Shown here: positions 1 through 9,798 of the stretch, piece after piece
Layout: every line of letters begins with the position of its first letter
Numbering within the stretch: the stretch's first letter is position 1
IMG/VR virus record: IMGVR_UViG_3300031787_000093
Coordinates: 3,714 to 67,713 of that record
Source: a virus
Reading direction: 5' to 3' (one strand)
DNA length: 64,000 nucleotides
Notes under the pieces: model-generated
Database searches by the model: none
Seen by the model: the letters and a program-made list of their open reading frames with translations, nothing else
Told to the model about the DNA's origin: nothing
Made by a program: the position numbers and the translations under genes

Positions 1-1
1 C

Positions 2-163
2 CTTTCGTGGCCGGAAATCATGGAGCAACTTAAATTCGTAGGGATCATAGAAGACTCAAGTCAAGATACTCTCAAAGACTCTGTCTTAGATTTAGTCGAC
101 AGCCCACTTAATTACATTACAACCAAGCAAAAAAACATGCAATTCAAATTATCCAAACTATGA
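2..163 (+). CDS. partial hypothetical protein (5' truncated)
   Basis: Frame +2 is open from the window start to a TGA that overlaps the next ATG (ATGA). Confidence 0.5.
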   Translation, partial: LSWPEIMEQLKFVGIIEDSSQDTLKDSVLDLVDSPLNYITTKQKNMQFKLSKL

Positions 164-408
164 AACTATACACAGAAGAACAGTTAAGAAAAACATGGAA
201 TGAAGGTTTTAGGCAAGGAATGTCAATAGATGATGAAAACTATGAACCAGTTTTTTTTGAACACTATTTAAAATTTTTAATACCAATTGAACTACCAAGT
301 GATGAGGAGATAGAAAATGGATATGAACCAAAAACAATGTATGATTTAGGTTATTTGGATGGTGCAAAATGGATGCGTGATAAAATTTTACAAGGAAGTA
401 ACAAATGA
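160..408 (+). CDS. small hypothetical protein, paralog of 63599-63889
   Basis: Shares MKLYTEEQ, LIPIxLPSDE and GAKWMRDKI blocks with the gene at 63599. Confidence 0.8.
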   Translation: MKLYTEEQLRKTWNEGFRQGMSIDDENYEPVFFEHYLKFLIPIELPSDEEIENGYEPKTMYDLGYLDGAKWMRDKILQGSNK

Positions 409-767
409 CGGACTCAGAACAATTATTATTAACAATTGCGGACATATTACTAGAAGTAAACCTCCCAGAAGAAAAGAAGCAACGCATACGTGATGCTATG
501 TGTGGTGTGTACGCAGGTGCACCTGAACCCCAACCTAAAAGCAAAAGGTTTGAGGTACCGGCAATCTCTGATGTGAAAGCCCACATGGAAAGTTTGCAGG
601 TAATCAATGCTGAACGACACTCAGCTGAGTTCTGGCACTTCTATGAATCCAAAGGATGGATGGTCGGCAAGAACAAAATGAAGAACTGGAAATCAGCAGC
701 CAGTAGATGGTGTATAGAACTACCTCGTGGAGGCAATGAACCTCAAAAGAAAAGGATCATCGTATGA
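405..767 (+). CDS. phage replication-protein C-terminal-like domain protein
   Basis: FWHFYESKGWMVGKNKMKNWKSAASRW motif as in phage replisome-organiser C-termini; translationally coupled to the primase-helicase. Confidence 0.55.
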   Translation: MTDSEQLLLTIADILLEVNLPEEKKQRIRDAMCGVYAGAPEPQPKSKRFEVPAISDVKAHMESLQVINAERHSAEFWHFYESKGWMVGKNKMKNWKSAASRWCIELPRGGNEPQKKRIIV

Positions 768-2488
768 GTTACATTGCAGATTTTCAAAGACTCGGAATTG
801 ATACCAGAGGCAAGTTCTCTGGTATCATTAAGACAGCATGTCCTAGATGTGCTCATCAACGGAAAAAGTCCAACGACCCATGTCTATCAGTTAACTTAGA
901 TGAGGGATTGTATAAGTGTCATCACTGTCAATGGAAGGGAACAGTGGTAGAACAAAAATACAATCGCCCCGAACGAGCTGGAGATGCCTTGGATACTCAA
1001 GTTTATGCGTACTTTACTGACCGAGGGATTGATTACGAAACAGTCAATCAGTTTAGGGTGACTCAAAGCATTGAGAAAATGCCTGATGGTAAGCAACACA
1101 AGACCATTAACTTTAACTATTGGGATGGTGATGTTCTCATCAATGTCAAGTATAAAACGAGAGACAAGCAGTTCAAGATGGTTAGCGGAGCTAAGAAGAT
1201 TCCGTACAACTTGAATGCCATTAAGAACAGCGACACGATTATTATCTGTGAGGGAGAAGAAGAGACTATGTGTTGGGCAGTGGCAGGTTATCCTTTTGCT
1301 GTGAGTTGTCCTGCCGGTGCTGGTACAGGTAACAACAACCTTGAATGGCTTGACAACAGCTATAACTATTTTGAAGGCAAGAGAATATTCTTAGCAACTG
1401 ATGGCGATGCTCCCGGAAAGAAACTCAGAGAAGATTTGTCAAGGCGGTTTGAGCCTGAGAATGTTTTTGTAATTGAGTTTACGGAGTACAAGGATGCCAA
1501 CGATTATCTAAAAGCAAAGGGCAAGCAATCTCTGATTGATTTGTTTGACCAAGCTAAGCCACTTCCGATTCCTGAGATATCTACTGTCGATGATTTCAAA
1601 GCTGAGCTGATGGATATCTATGAGAATGGGTATCCGGTGGGTGATACCATAGGGTATCCTGAATTCGATGAGCTCTTGACTTGGAAGCGTGGTCAGTTCG
1701 TAGTTGTAAGCGGAGTCCCCGGCTCTGGGAAATCTACATTCGTAGATCAAGTTTGTTTGCGACTAGCTTTGAGAAAGCATTGGAAGTTTGCAATGTTCTC
1801 ACCTGAAAACGACAACGTACTTAAAAGTATTCGAATGGTTGAACAGATAACTGGTCAAGCTGTCGCAGGAAACATGCATAGAAAAATGCCAAAAGCTTTA
1901 TATGAACGTGCTCTCATGTATATAAATGACCACTTTTCTTTCTATGATACTGCGAACTTGGATGATTTCAAGATTGATAACCTGTTGCGAATAGCTAAAT
2001 CTTTGATTCGACAAAAGGGAGTAGATGGCATTGTACTCGATCCTTTTAATTATATCGAACACGATAATCAAAATGATATCATGAACGAGAAGATTGGTAG
2101 GATGCTAGTAAAGATGAAGAAGTTTGCGTTAACCCATAAGGTTATGGTTTTACTTGTTGCTCACCCTAAGAAGATGCTCAAGAATAAAAACAGCAACCAG
2201 TATGAGGTGCCAAGACTGTATGACATCAGTGGATCGCATCACTTCTTTAACGTAACCGATAACGGTTTTGTAGTGCACCGTGACTATGATTCTGGACTTG
2301 TAGATGTCTACGTTCAGAAAGTAAAGCACTACTTCATGGGAAAACTGGGGTATGTAACATTTGACTTTGACCCAATAACCGGAAGATACAAAGAACAAAG
2401 TCAAGATTTTGAAAACGAACTACATAATTATGATCAAACCGATATCTTTAATCCGACAACTCAACTCCCTGATTGGCCAGCACTATGA
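764..2488 (+). CDS. primase-helicase (T7 gp4/Twinkle-like)
   Basis: Zn-binding CPRC...CHHC, TOPRIM ICEGEEE and ATDGD, Walker A GVPGSGKST, SF4 motifs VLDP, LVAHP, DISGS. Confidence 0.93.
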   Translation: MSYIADFQRLGIDTRGKFSGIIKTACPRCAHQRKKSNDPCLSVNLDEGLYKCHHCQWKGTVVEQKYNRPERAGDALDTQVYAYFTDRGIDYETVNQFRVTQSIEKMPDGKQHKTINFNYWDGDVLINVKYKTRDKQFKMVSGAKKIPYNLNAIKNSDTIIICEGEEETMCWAVAGYPFAVSCPAGAGTGNNNLEWLDNSYNYFEGKRIFLATDGDAPGKKLREDLSRRFEPENVFVIEFTEYKDANDYLKAKGKQSLIDLFDQAKPLPIPEISTVDDFKAELMDIYENGYPVGDTIGYPEFDELLTWKRGQFVVVSGVPGSGKSTFVDQVCLRLALRKHWKFAMFSPENDNVLKSIRMVEQITGQAVAGNMHRKMPKALYERALMYINDHFSFYDTANLDDFKIDNLLRIAKSLIRQKGVDGIVLDPFNYIEHDNQNDIMNEKIGRMLVKMKKFALTHKVMVLLVAHPKKMLKNKNSNQYEVPRLYDISGSHHFFNVTDNGFVVHRDYDSGLVDVYVQKVKHYFMGKLGYVTFDFDPITGRYKEQSQDFENELHNYDQTDIFNPTTQLPDWPAL

Positions 2489-2720
2489 AATTGACCATGT
2501 GAATTTATCACCCAGTGCTATGCGTGGGATGGTTGCTTTACTCAAACGTACACGCATCTATGAAATTAAATTCTTTGATGATTACATCTTAGTTTACTTG
2601 CATGCTAAGCCAGTAATTATCAAGAGTGTGGGCTGGAGATCCTATGGTGGTAACTATGATCTATTCTACGATGAGAAAACTAACACTATGTACAACGACA
2701 TTATCATAAAATTCAAATGA
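2409..2720 (+). CDS. hypothetical protein (start uncertain)
   Basis: Fills the gap between helicase and polymerase; stop overlaps the polymerase ATG. Confidence 0.55.
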   Translation: MKTNYIIMIKPISLIRQLNSLIGQHYEIDHVNLSPSAMRGMVALLKRTRIYEIKFFDDYILVYLHAKPVIIKSVGWRSYGGNYDLFYDEKTNTMYNDIIIKFK

Positions 2721-4567
2721 ACACCGTTGTTTATGACGTAGAAATTTTTCCAAACTTCTTTAGCTACACCGACATTGATGTTCAAACATTAGAAACAAAT
2801 GTGTTTGTTCTTCATGAAAGTCGAAATGAGTTAGACAAACTTTACGAATACCTAATGGTGCGTAGATATCGAATTGGTTACAACAACGTTCATTTTGATA
2901 GGGTGGTTTGTGATTTAATCACAGATAACTACCGCAAAATGAAAACGTTTCCAATAAACACCAGTCTGATTCACTTATACAATAAAGTGCAGAACATGAT
3001 GCGTGAGGAACAGCGTGAGTATTACCGTGGTGAAACTGAGATTGATTTATTCTTGATGAATCATTTTAACAATAAGAGTAAATTGACATCGTTGAAAGCA
3101 CTACAGTGTAGTATTTTCTGGCCGGTGGTTCAAGACATGCCCTATCATCACAAAACTACAGTGACCAAGGAAATGATTCCTGAGATTCTTGAGTACAATA
3201 TGAATGATGTTTTGAGTACAAAAGCATTCTTTGAACTCTGTAAGGAACAATTGACCTTCCGTAAGGAACTTGGAAAACTGAATAAAAAGTTCATGTTGAA
3301 CATGCCGGACATCAGTATTGGCGAGGAAATTTTTCTTAAAGCAATTCGTAAGGAATTTGGACTGTCCAAGAAGGAACTTCGAGATGCAGTTCAATTTGAT
3401 AAAACCATTGACCTAAACAAATGTATTTTGCCTTATGTCAAATTTCAAAGTGAAGCCTTTCAAGAATTACTTAAGAAAGTAAAATGGACTGTTATCTCCG
3501 ATAAACAAAAGCTATCTTACACAGTCAAATACAAAGGCTTTCAGTATGACTATGGAGTTGGAGGAATCCATGGTTGCATTGAGTCTGGTATTTACACTAG
3601 TGATGAGAAGTCTGTGATAGTTGACTTTGATGTAAAGAGTTACTATCCTAACTTGGCTATTCAGAATGAGCTGCACCCCAAGCACATTCCTCAGAAAGCG
3701 TTTGTTGAAACCTACAAATCTCTTTTTGATAAACGTGTGGAAGCTCAGAAAGCCAAGAACAAAACTGAAGATGCAGGGTTGAAACTTGCTTTGAACGGAG
3801 TGTTTGGTAAAACAGGTGAGGTGACCTCAGCTTTCTACGATCGATATTACTTCTATTCAATTACCTTGAATGGTCAGTTGCTTCTTTCAATGTTGGCTGA
3901 GCAGTATGTGGACAATGTTCCCGGATTAGAAATGCTTCAGATCAATACAGATGGTGTGACTGTCAGAATTCCTAGAGATAAGATTGAGATTGTCAATCGA
4001 ATTAATGAGAAGTGGTCTGAAGAAACTAAATTAATTCTTGAATCTGTGGAATATTCTAAGATGGTGATCCGTGATGTGAACAACTATTTGGCTGTCAGCA
4101 TGGATGGTAAAGTCAAAAAGAAAGGTATCTTTGAAACTGAAAAGCAATTACATAAGGACAATTCATTTTTGATAATTCCAAAAGCTTTAGAAGCTTATTA
4201 TGTAAACGATATTCCAATTGAACAAACGGTAAAAAGTAACAAACACATATATGATTTTTGTGGCAGATATAAAGCGTATAAAGGGTGGTCAGCGGTATTC
4301 AACTACTCGGAAAAAGGTAAAGTTATTCAAGAGAATCACGGCAAAATGCTTCGCTATTTTCCAGTCTCAAAAGGTGGAGGTACATCGCTTAAAGTAAACG
4401 TTGACGGAAGAATTCATAATCTTCTAGCCAACCAGAAAACTATGAAGTTTAATCGCTTCTACGAACTGGAAAACTTTGAAGATTACAATATCAATTATGA
4501 GTTCTTTGTAACTGAATGTCAAAAGATTATTGACACCGTTGAACCTAAACAATTAAAATTATTCTAA
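2717..4567 (+). CDS. DNA polymerase family B (crAss-type)
   Basis: ExoI YDVE, ExoII GYNNVHFD, ExoIII YNMND; polymerase motifs DFDVKSYYPN, KLALNGVFGK, INTDG. Confidence 0.92.
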   Translation: MNTVVYDVEIFPNFFSYTDIDVQTLETNVFVLHESRNELDKLYEYLMVRRYRIGYNNVHFDRVVCDLITDNYRKMKTFPINTSLIHLYNKVQNMMREEQREYYRGETEIDLFLMNHFNNKSKLTSLKALQCSIFWPVVQDMPYHHKTTVTKEMIPEILEYNMNDVLSTKAFFELCKEQLTFRKELGKLNKKFMLNMPDISIGEEIFLKAIRKEFGLSKKELRDAVQFDKTIDLNKCILPYVKFQSEAFQELLKKVKWTVISDKQKLSYTVKYKGFQYDYGVGGIHGCIESGIYTSDEKSVIVDFDVKSYYPNLAIQNELHPKHIPQKAFVETYKSLFDKRVEAQKAKNKTEDAGLKLALNGVFGKTGEVTSAFYDRYYFYSITLNGQLLLSMLAEQYVDNVPGLEMLQINTDGVTVRIPRDKIEIVNRINEKWSEETKLILESVEYSKMVIRDVNNYLAVSMDGKVKKKGIFETEKQLHKDNSFLIIPKALEAYYVNDIPIEQTVKSNKHIYDFCGRYKAYKGWSAVFNYSEKGKVIQENHGKMLRYFPVSKGGGTSLKVNVDGRIHNLLANQKTMKFNRFYELENFEDYNINYEFFVTECQKIIDTVEPKQLKLF

Positions 4568-5064
4568 TGACACTGCATGATTACACCCACGAATTACTGG
4601 ATACAATCGTAAAGATTGCAAATATCGATACACTTGTAAAACACAAGCTGATACGAAAGATTCATAAACTAGATGCATATCGCCAATATAAGAATAAATC
4701 AATTGTACCTAAGAAACCGGAAAAGCCTTACAGACCAGTTGCAAAAATTGTTTTTCATAAGATCCCTGCTTCTATACAACAAGTTATTATTTTAGCATGT
4801 GACAAATATGATATTCAGCTAGAACAATTTTGCAGTAACAGAAGAACTCGAGATACTCTGGAAGCACAGCGATCTGTGATTTACTTTTTACATAGAGATT
4901 CTAAATACACCAGTACAAAAGTAGCAATGTGGTTTATGAAAGACCACAGTACAATTTTGCACGCATGTAAAACTCACGAAGATTACTTAGATACCAACCG
5001 ATTGTATGCTTCAGTGTACAAGAATTTCAGAGAAGAAGCTCTAAAAATTATTTCTCAAGTCTGA
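4567..5064 (+). CDS. DnaA C-terminal (domain IV) HTH-like DNA-binding protein
   Basis: SNRRTRD...QRSVIYFL...KDHSTILHA resembles the DnaA domain IV signature RDHTTVLHA. Confidence 0.75.
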   Translation: MTLHDYTHELLDTIVKIANIDTLVKHKLIRKIHKLDAYRQYKNKSIVPKKPEKPYRPVAKIVFHKIPASIQQVIILACDKYDIQLEQFCSNRRTRDTLEAQRSVIYFLHRDSKYTSTKVAMWFMKDHSTILHACKTHEDYLDTNRLYASVYKNFREEALKIISQV

Positions 5065-6886
5065 CTTCAACCCATACCTTTGTAGCTCTGCCATTTATCA
5101 TTTGAATTACAGGGATCTTCTTGGCCACTAACTCTGGCCCACGATCCCTTTTATTCTTCTCCAGAATTTGTTTGTGCTGAATTTCGCACGAAACCATGGA
5201 GTCCAAGATATCGGTGTTGTCTACTAGGTAGTTCTTTGCCTCTTCAATAATCTCAAGGAAATATATTTCATTCCAGAATTTTCTCAGGTAATCTATAATG
5301 TAAGCATTACCTCTCTCACCAGTTGCATCGCTTTTGTACCATCCATATGTACGGTCTCCTGCGTTGAATGCTTTACCCAACAGAGTTGGTCTATAAGCCA
5401 ATAAATCTTGACGATTGTGTTGCTTGTATTGATCGAGGATTACACCGCCTCGGTTTACTTCGACATTGACCTTTGCTTTACCGTAGTAATCCTGCAATAG
5501 GATTGTATTGTGCATGATAATATCTGGGTCAAGTGCTCTCTCTTTATAGATTGCAACGTAGCGATCAGTTTCTAAATCTTTGATTGACGTGCAATTATCT
5601 GAACCATCGTTCAGTTTACTAGACACAAATGGAATCGGGTCCATTCCTGCTATGTACTTATGGTCAGGGTTAAAACGCTCCAGCATTAGAATCTTTCCGT
5701 TCTTACTTGGACGCACTTCAATCTTACCGTCTAACCCTCTAACTAAATCACATCGTTCAATTGGTGCAGGATTTGCCATCAAGATTCTTTCTCGCTCGGT
5801 GAGTTTACTCATTACGTCCTGAGGAAGCGATCCCTTTGCATTGGAAGTAAATACTTCCTGAATTGTAAGGGGATACTGTTTAATGAATGACTCCAGATAA
5901 CGTTTGTCTTCTAACTTATCTAAGTTGTCTCTGGTCTTCATGATCCACTCAGTCGCAGCTACTTCATCACTGTGACCATTGGGACAGAAGTTTAACACCT
6001 TTCCAGTTTCTCTACCTCGTTCATCTAGTTCTGGTGCTTTCTGAATCCCCATCCAACCGGGTAGAAACACGGTCAGCATCTTGATTACATCAGCGTTCTT
6101 CCATAACTCCGCACCTTTCTTCTGACCTTCAACAGAAGATTCACCTGCACTTCCTCCCATGACAATAGGGGCAACCTTGATAAAACCATCTTTGGTAGAT
6201 GCTTGAGCTGAACGATAAACCTTGTCAGCGTATGGGTGCAAGAAGAACTCATCTAGGAATACATGCATTGCACGGAATGCTTCCAGAGAAGTTGGTTGTT
6301 CAACTGTATCACGTGTAACAATCTTGGAATCTAGACCGCTGATTTCCCCAGTCGCTTTATCCAAACGACCCATGTGCAAGTAACCAGTCTGTCTTGTTGA
6401 GATAATACCCGGACGATAGTAAGCATCAATGCCGTCAAAGACAACACGGAGTTTGTCCTTGTACATTTCTTCTAGACGAGTTTTATCTGCTGAGGTCAAT
6501 AGTGAAGTAGAACCGGGATTTGTAAATGCAATCCAGATTGGAATCACCCCACCAAATGTCAAAGACAAACCTGCTTCTCGACGTTTGGTAACCATCAGAT
6601 CCCAGAAAGTATTTCTTGCTTCTTGATATGATCCGTAGATCAGTTCATCCAAGTCTCTCCATACAGGACGGATACGTAGACCGCTTGCTGTCTTGATCGT
6701 AGCTTGTGTAAGCATGAAGTAGTGAGCAGGAGATAAACCAAATCGACCTTCAATCCAATGGTCACGTTCTTTACCCCACCATAAATTTTTTTCTTTAGGC
6801 GTGGCGTTTTCGGACAGACCGTATTTGCTCCACCATTTGTCATATACAAACTTGGAAGCTTGTGGTTTTGATTTTACTATTTCCAT
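5048..6886 (-). CDS. terL: terminase large subunit
   Basis: Walker A-like KRREAGLS, Walker B VFLDE, RNase H-type nuclease IAGMDP and VEVN; 612 aa. Confidence 0.85.
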   Translation of the reverse strand: MEIVKSKPQASKFVYDKWWSKYGLSENATPKEKNLWWGKERDHWIEGRFGLSPAHYFMLTQATIKTASGLRIRPVWRDLDELIYGSYQEARNTFWDLMVTKRREAGLSLTFGGVIPIWIAFTNPGSTSLLTSADKTRLEEMYKDKLRVVFDGIDAYYRPGIISTRQTGYLHMGRLDKATGEISGLDSKIVTRDTVEQPTSLEAFRAMHVFLDEFFLHPYADKVYRSAQASTKDGFIKVAPIVMGGSAGESSVEGQKKGAELWKNADVIKMLTVFLPGWMGIQKAPELDERGRETGKVLNFCPNGHSDEVAATEWIMKTRDNLDKLEDKRYLESFIKQYPLTIQEVFTSNAKGSLPQDVMSKLTERERILMANPAPIERCDLVRGLDGKIEVRPSKNGKILMLERFNPDHKYIAGMDPIPFVSSKLNDGSDNCTSIKDLETDRYVAIYKERALDPDIIMHNTILLQDYYGKAKVNVEVNRGGVILDQYKQHNRQDLLAYRPTLLGKAFNAGDRTYGWYKSDATGERGNAYIIDYLRKFWNEIYFLEIIEEAKNYLVDNTDILDSMVSCEIQHKQILEKNKRDRGPELVAKKIPVIQMINGRATKVWVEVRLEK

Positions 6887-6888
6887 AC

Positions 6889-7227
6889 TTACTTCTTCTT
6901 GGGAGGTGTCATCCTATCTGCCAAAGGAGTATCATCATCTTCTTCGTCTGCAGTAGCTGTGCTGGTTACAGGATACGCTTCCAACAAGGCGAGCTTTAAA
7001 CTCTTGTTGATTTTATCTCCAGCTTGAAGTAACTGGAATAATGCTTTGAAATAAGGGTCATCTAGGTCGATGGTTTTTGATTTTACACCATCCATTAACT
7101 GCTTAGAAGCAGAAACTAACGTAGCATAAAAGTCTTTTGCAGGGTCAAACATCTGAGCTTGCAGTCTTTCGATAGCTTCGCTTTCAGAAATGTTTTCATC
7201 TTTTAGGAACTTCTTGAGTTTCTCCAT
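6889..7227 (-). CDS. hypothetical protein, possible terminase small subunit
   Basis: 112-aa helical protein directly upstream of terL; positional evidence only. Confidence 0.35.
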   Translation of the reverse strand: MEKLKKFLKDENISESEAIERLQAQMFDPAKDFYATLVSASKQLMDGVKSKTIDLDDPYFKALFQLLQAGDKINKSLKLALLEAYPVTSTATADEEDDDTPLADRMTPPKKK

Positions 7228-7378
7228 GTTTCAAATCTTTTAGGATTCGCTTCTGTTGTTCTATTTCCTTCTGAACCTTATTTGCTTCAATCGGATTATT
7301 TTGACTGGCATAATATTCATGCCAAGAAATTAACTCTTCGAGTTTCTTAAACGCTAACTCAAGTTCCTTTTTGCTCAT
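7196..7378 (-). CDS. small coiled-coil hypothetical protein
   Basis: ORF in the operon, overlapping both neighbours. Confidence 0.55.
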   Translation of the reverse strand: MSKKELELAFKKLEELISWHEYYASQNNPIEANKVQKEIEQQKRILKDLKHGETQEVPKR

Positions 7379-7586
7379 TGTGTTGAATCATTTTTTCGAG
7401 GTACCAGCGTGCTTTTTTCAAATCCTCTAAGCCATTCTTGTATTCGCACCTCCAAATATACTTAATAATATTTGCAGTGCAAACAGCATCTAGTCCATTT
7501 TTATGGACGGTTGCTGCCTCGATAGCATCTATGCATTCAACTTTACCCTGAGTGTAGTGACTCGGGTGATTTACTTTGTCGGTCAT
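7359..7586 (-). CDS. DUF3310 (SaV / T7 gp1.7-like) protein
   Basis: DKVNHPSHYTQGKVECIDAI...KYIWRCEYKNGLEDLKKARWYL; likely start is ATG 7586, coupled to the upstream stop. Confidence 0.85.
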   Translation of the reverse strand: MTDKVNHPSHYTQGKVECIDAIEAATVHKNGLDAVCTANIIKYIWRCEYKNGLEDLKKARWYLEKMIQHNEQKGT

Positions 7587-8026
7587 CTTTTCCTGATCAG
7601 TAGCCCTGCCGTCAAACCCACTACCAAAATAATCCAACATATATTCCATTTTATTTTTTCAATTGTTACAACTTTACCGGGAACTTTTACTTCAAATGGA
7701 ACTGTATCCCTCACTATAATTTCTTTTGGTTTTACCCTGAGGTAAATCTTATCGCCTTTCTTGTAAACAATTACCTCTTTGGTTTCGTAAGTGGTGTCAT
7801 GTTTGAATATAAAAGAGTCTCTGTATTCTGGAACCCGAACTTTAATTTCTTTGATGATAGTATCGTGAACGATAACTGTATCAATCTCTACCAGATGCGG
7901 ATGCTTCTTAACCAAACGCTTGTAGCGTGCTTCAGCAGAACAGCCTGCAAGCATCGCCATTAAAATGAACCCTAAAATTAATGTTAATAAAAGGATTGCG
8001 GACAATCTTAATTTACTCATTTTCAT
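7583..8026 (-). CDS. putative unimolecular spanin (lipoprotein with C-terminal TM helix)
   Basis: Signal peptide ending in lipobox LAGC, beta-rich middle, C-terminal hydrophobic helix followed by RKR. Confidence 0.6.
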   Translation of the reverse strand: MKMSKLRLSAILLLTLILGFILMAMLAGCSAEARYKRLVKKHPHLVEIDTVIVHDTIIKEIKVRVPEYRDSFIFKHDTTYETKEVIVYKKGDKIYLRVKPKEIIVRDTVPFEVKVPGKVVTIEKIKWNICWIILVVGLTAGLLIRKR

Positions 8027-8267
8027 CTACAAATATATCGACAATGTTGTTTTTTCTCAAGTAGTGAAAAGTTGCCATTAGTTGTTCTCTTGTTTGACAG
8101 GTGTCGCAACCGCAGAATGCCCCATACGGTTCAAATAAATTTCCCTCTTCGTCTACAAATGAGTCGCTGTCATCTTGTTCAAGAGATTCAAAGCAGTTGT
8201 CCATGTGAATAGCTACGTGTCGTTGTAATCCTTCAGCTTGTTCCGGTGTTATTGAGATTTCTATCAT
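8013..8267 (-). CDS. acidic hypothetical protein with CGCDTC motif
   Basis: ORF preceded by a TATTTTCG element. Confidence 0.65.
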   Translation of the reverse strand: MIEISITPEQAEGLQRHVAIHMDNCFESLEQDDSDSFVDEEGNLFEPYGAFCGCDTCQTREQLMATFHYLRKNNIVDIFVDENE

Positions 8268-8376
8268 GATCTCGAAAATAGTATTTATTTCTTACGCTTT
8301 TTAACAAGCCACTCTATAATTATCCACAAACCAAATATCCAAAAGAAATAAAAAGCTAGGAATAATAGAGCCTCCA

Positions 8377-8766
8377 CTACTTCCGAAACTTAGCAACCTT
8401 CTTAGCAATACTCTTTGGTTGAGCCACAAACTGTTTTCCTTTTGCGTTACCTTGTGCTTTTGCTTTATTCGTTGCTGCTTTTTCTCCGGGCGATAATGAT
8501 TTCCATGCAGAGTCTGGTAAGTATCTTTTCTTACCTTTTGAAGGAGAGCCATCAGACGTTCTCCATTTTTGATCTGACCACTTTTTAAGAGAGTTGTCTG
8601 AACTCTTGGGGCCTACATAACTGCCCCCTGATTTTTTGTAGCGTTGTGTAGCAATCTGAGCTTTACGAGCCGACCACTCCCCGGGATCACCGCCTTTACT
8701 ACCAGCTTTTACACTGGCAACAATGGCTTTCCATTTCCGGGGATTGGTCTTTTTGGCTGTGCTCAT
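8377..8766 (-). CDS. basic protein, DUF5872-like
   Basis: KGGDPGEWSARKAQ...SLKKWSDQKWRT...RYLP...QFVAQP motif set. Confidence 0.65.
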   Translation of the reverse strand: MSTAKKTNPRKWKAIVASVKAGSKGGDPGEWSARKAQIATQRYKKSGGSYVGPKSSDNSLKKWSDQKWRTSDGSPSKGKKRYLPDSAWKSLSPGEKAATNKAKAQGNAKGKQFVAQPKSIAKKVAKFRK

Positions 8767-9044
8767 TACTTAGTATATTTTCCCATTGGGGATTTTTTGC
8801 TGACAGCTTTGCCAACTACACCTCCAACAGGTTTACGAGTTACATTTGCAACAGCTTTACGAGTTTCTGAAACTTTTTTTATCTTTTCAGGCATTGGTTT
8901 ATCAGCTAGTTTGCCAATTGCTTTGCCAATCACACCGCCAACAGCACGTCTAACCATAGACTTTTCCGTTCCTTTGGGCATGGTTTCTTTCATCTTGCTG
9001 GCTTTAGACATCATCTTATTGCCAACTTTTTTTCCAAGTATCAT
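8766..9044 (-). CDS. small Lys-rich protein
   Basis: ATG at 9044 directly downstream of TATATTTG; internal repeat VGGVIGKA/VGGVVGKA. Confidence 0.65.
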   Translation of the reverse strand: MILGKKVGNKMMSKASKMKETMPKGTEKSMVRRAVGGVIGKAIGKLADKPMPEKIKKVSETRKAVANVTRKPVGGVVGKAVSKKSPMGKYTK

Positions 9045-9056
9045 ATTCAAATATAA

Positions 9057-9641
9057 TTATTTTTTCTTTTTAACAGCTTTAACAGCCTGAGCAACCCCTG
9101 TTGCTGCCATTGCTGCTCCCAACGTGGCTGCGTATGCCTTTTCTGCTACGCCTGCTCTATTTGCTCTTCTCATTTCAAGCGTTTTAGGAGTAAACTTTCC
9201 AGACTTTCTAGCTGCTTTTAGGGTTGCTTTATCTTCAAAGTTTTTTTGAGCAGTCTTTGCAGCTGTTGCCCCTGCGTTTTTTACATTAGCTACACGAGCA
9301 GACTTACGCTTTTGAATTTCGCCAGCCTTTACCTCTTTCATTTTTGACCTAGCACTTAACACGCTAGCTTTTTTTTCATTGCCTCTTGCTGAAACCACCT
9401 CAGATTTTGCAGCTAACTTTTTTGCTCTTGAGCTAACTCTCGAAGTAGCTTTATCAAGTCTATTTGTAATTCTGCCAACTTTCTTTTCAGTTTTCTTTTC
9501 AATACGCTTTGCTGCAGGAGCTTTAAATTTTGTTTTAGATGTTTCTATTGGTTCTGGAGCATACATCTCATTGCTTTTAGTTTCAAGTCCTTTGCCTTTT
9601 AAGTTCTGAAACTTATCTGTTGGTTTTTTTGGTTTTTTCAT
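9057..9641 (-). CDS. Lys/Ala-rich basic protein (histone H1-like composition)
   Basis: 194 aa, strongly K/A/R-rich. Confidence 0.7.
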   Translation of the reverse strand: MKKPKKPTDKFQNLKGKGLETKSNEMYAPEPIETSKTKFKAPAAKRIEKKTEKKVGRITNRLDKATSRVSSRAKKLAAKSEVVSARGNEKKASVLSARSKMKEVKAGEIQKRKSARVANVKNAGATAAKTAQKNFEDKATLKAARKSGKFTPKTLEMRRANRAGVAEKAYAATLGAAMAATGVAQAVKAVKKKK

Positions 9642-9654
9642 ATAACAAATATAA

Positions 9655-9798
9655 TTATTTACCTTGACCTCTGTATGCTTTTTTGTAGTTTTTAGAGGTT
9701 TTGGTTTTGCTTGTTTTTGTTTTAGCGTGAACCCCGGGTCTAGAAACCTTAGGTTTAGCTTTCCATGAACTGGACGTAGTAGTTTTTACCTTAGCCAT
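9655..9798 (-). CDS. 47-aa basic protein ending KKAYRGQGK (not in the ORF track)
   Basis: Hand translation MAKVKTTTSSSWKAKPKVSRPGVHAKTKTSKTKTSKNYKKAYRGQGK; start overlaps the upstream TAA. Confidence 0.75.
   Translation of the reverse strand: MAKVKTTTSSSWKAKPKVSRPGVHAKTKTSKTKTSKNYKKAYRGQGK

Noticed and set aside
160-408. Terminal redundancy or assembly overlap with 63620-63889
   Set aside because: Similarity is block-wise with unrelated internal segments and different neighbours, so these are paralogs.
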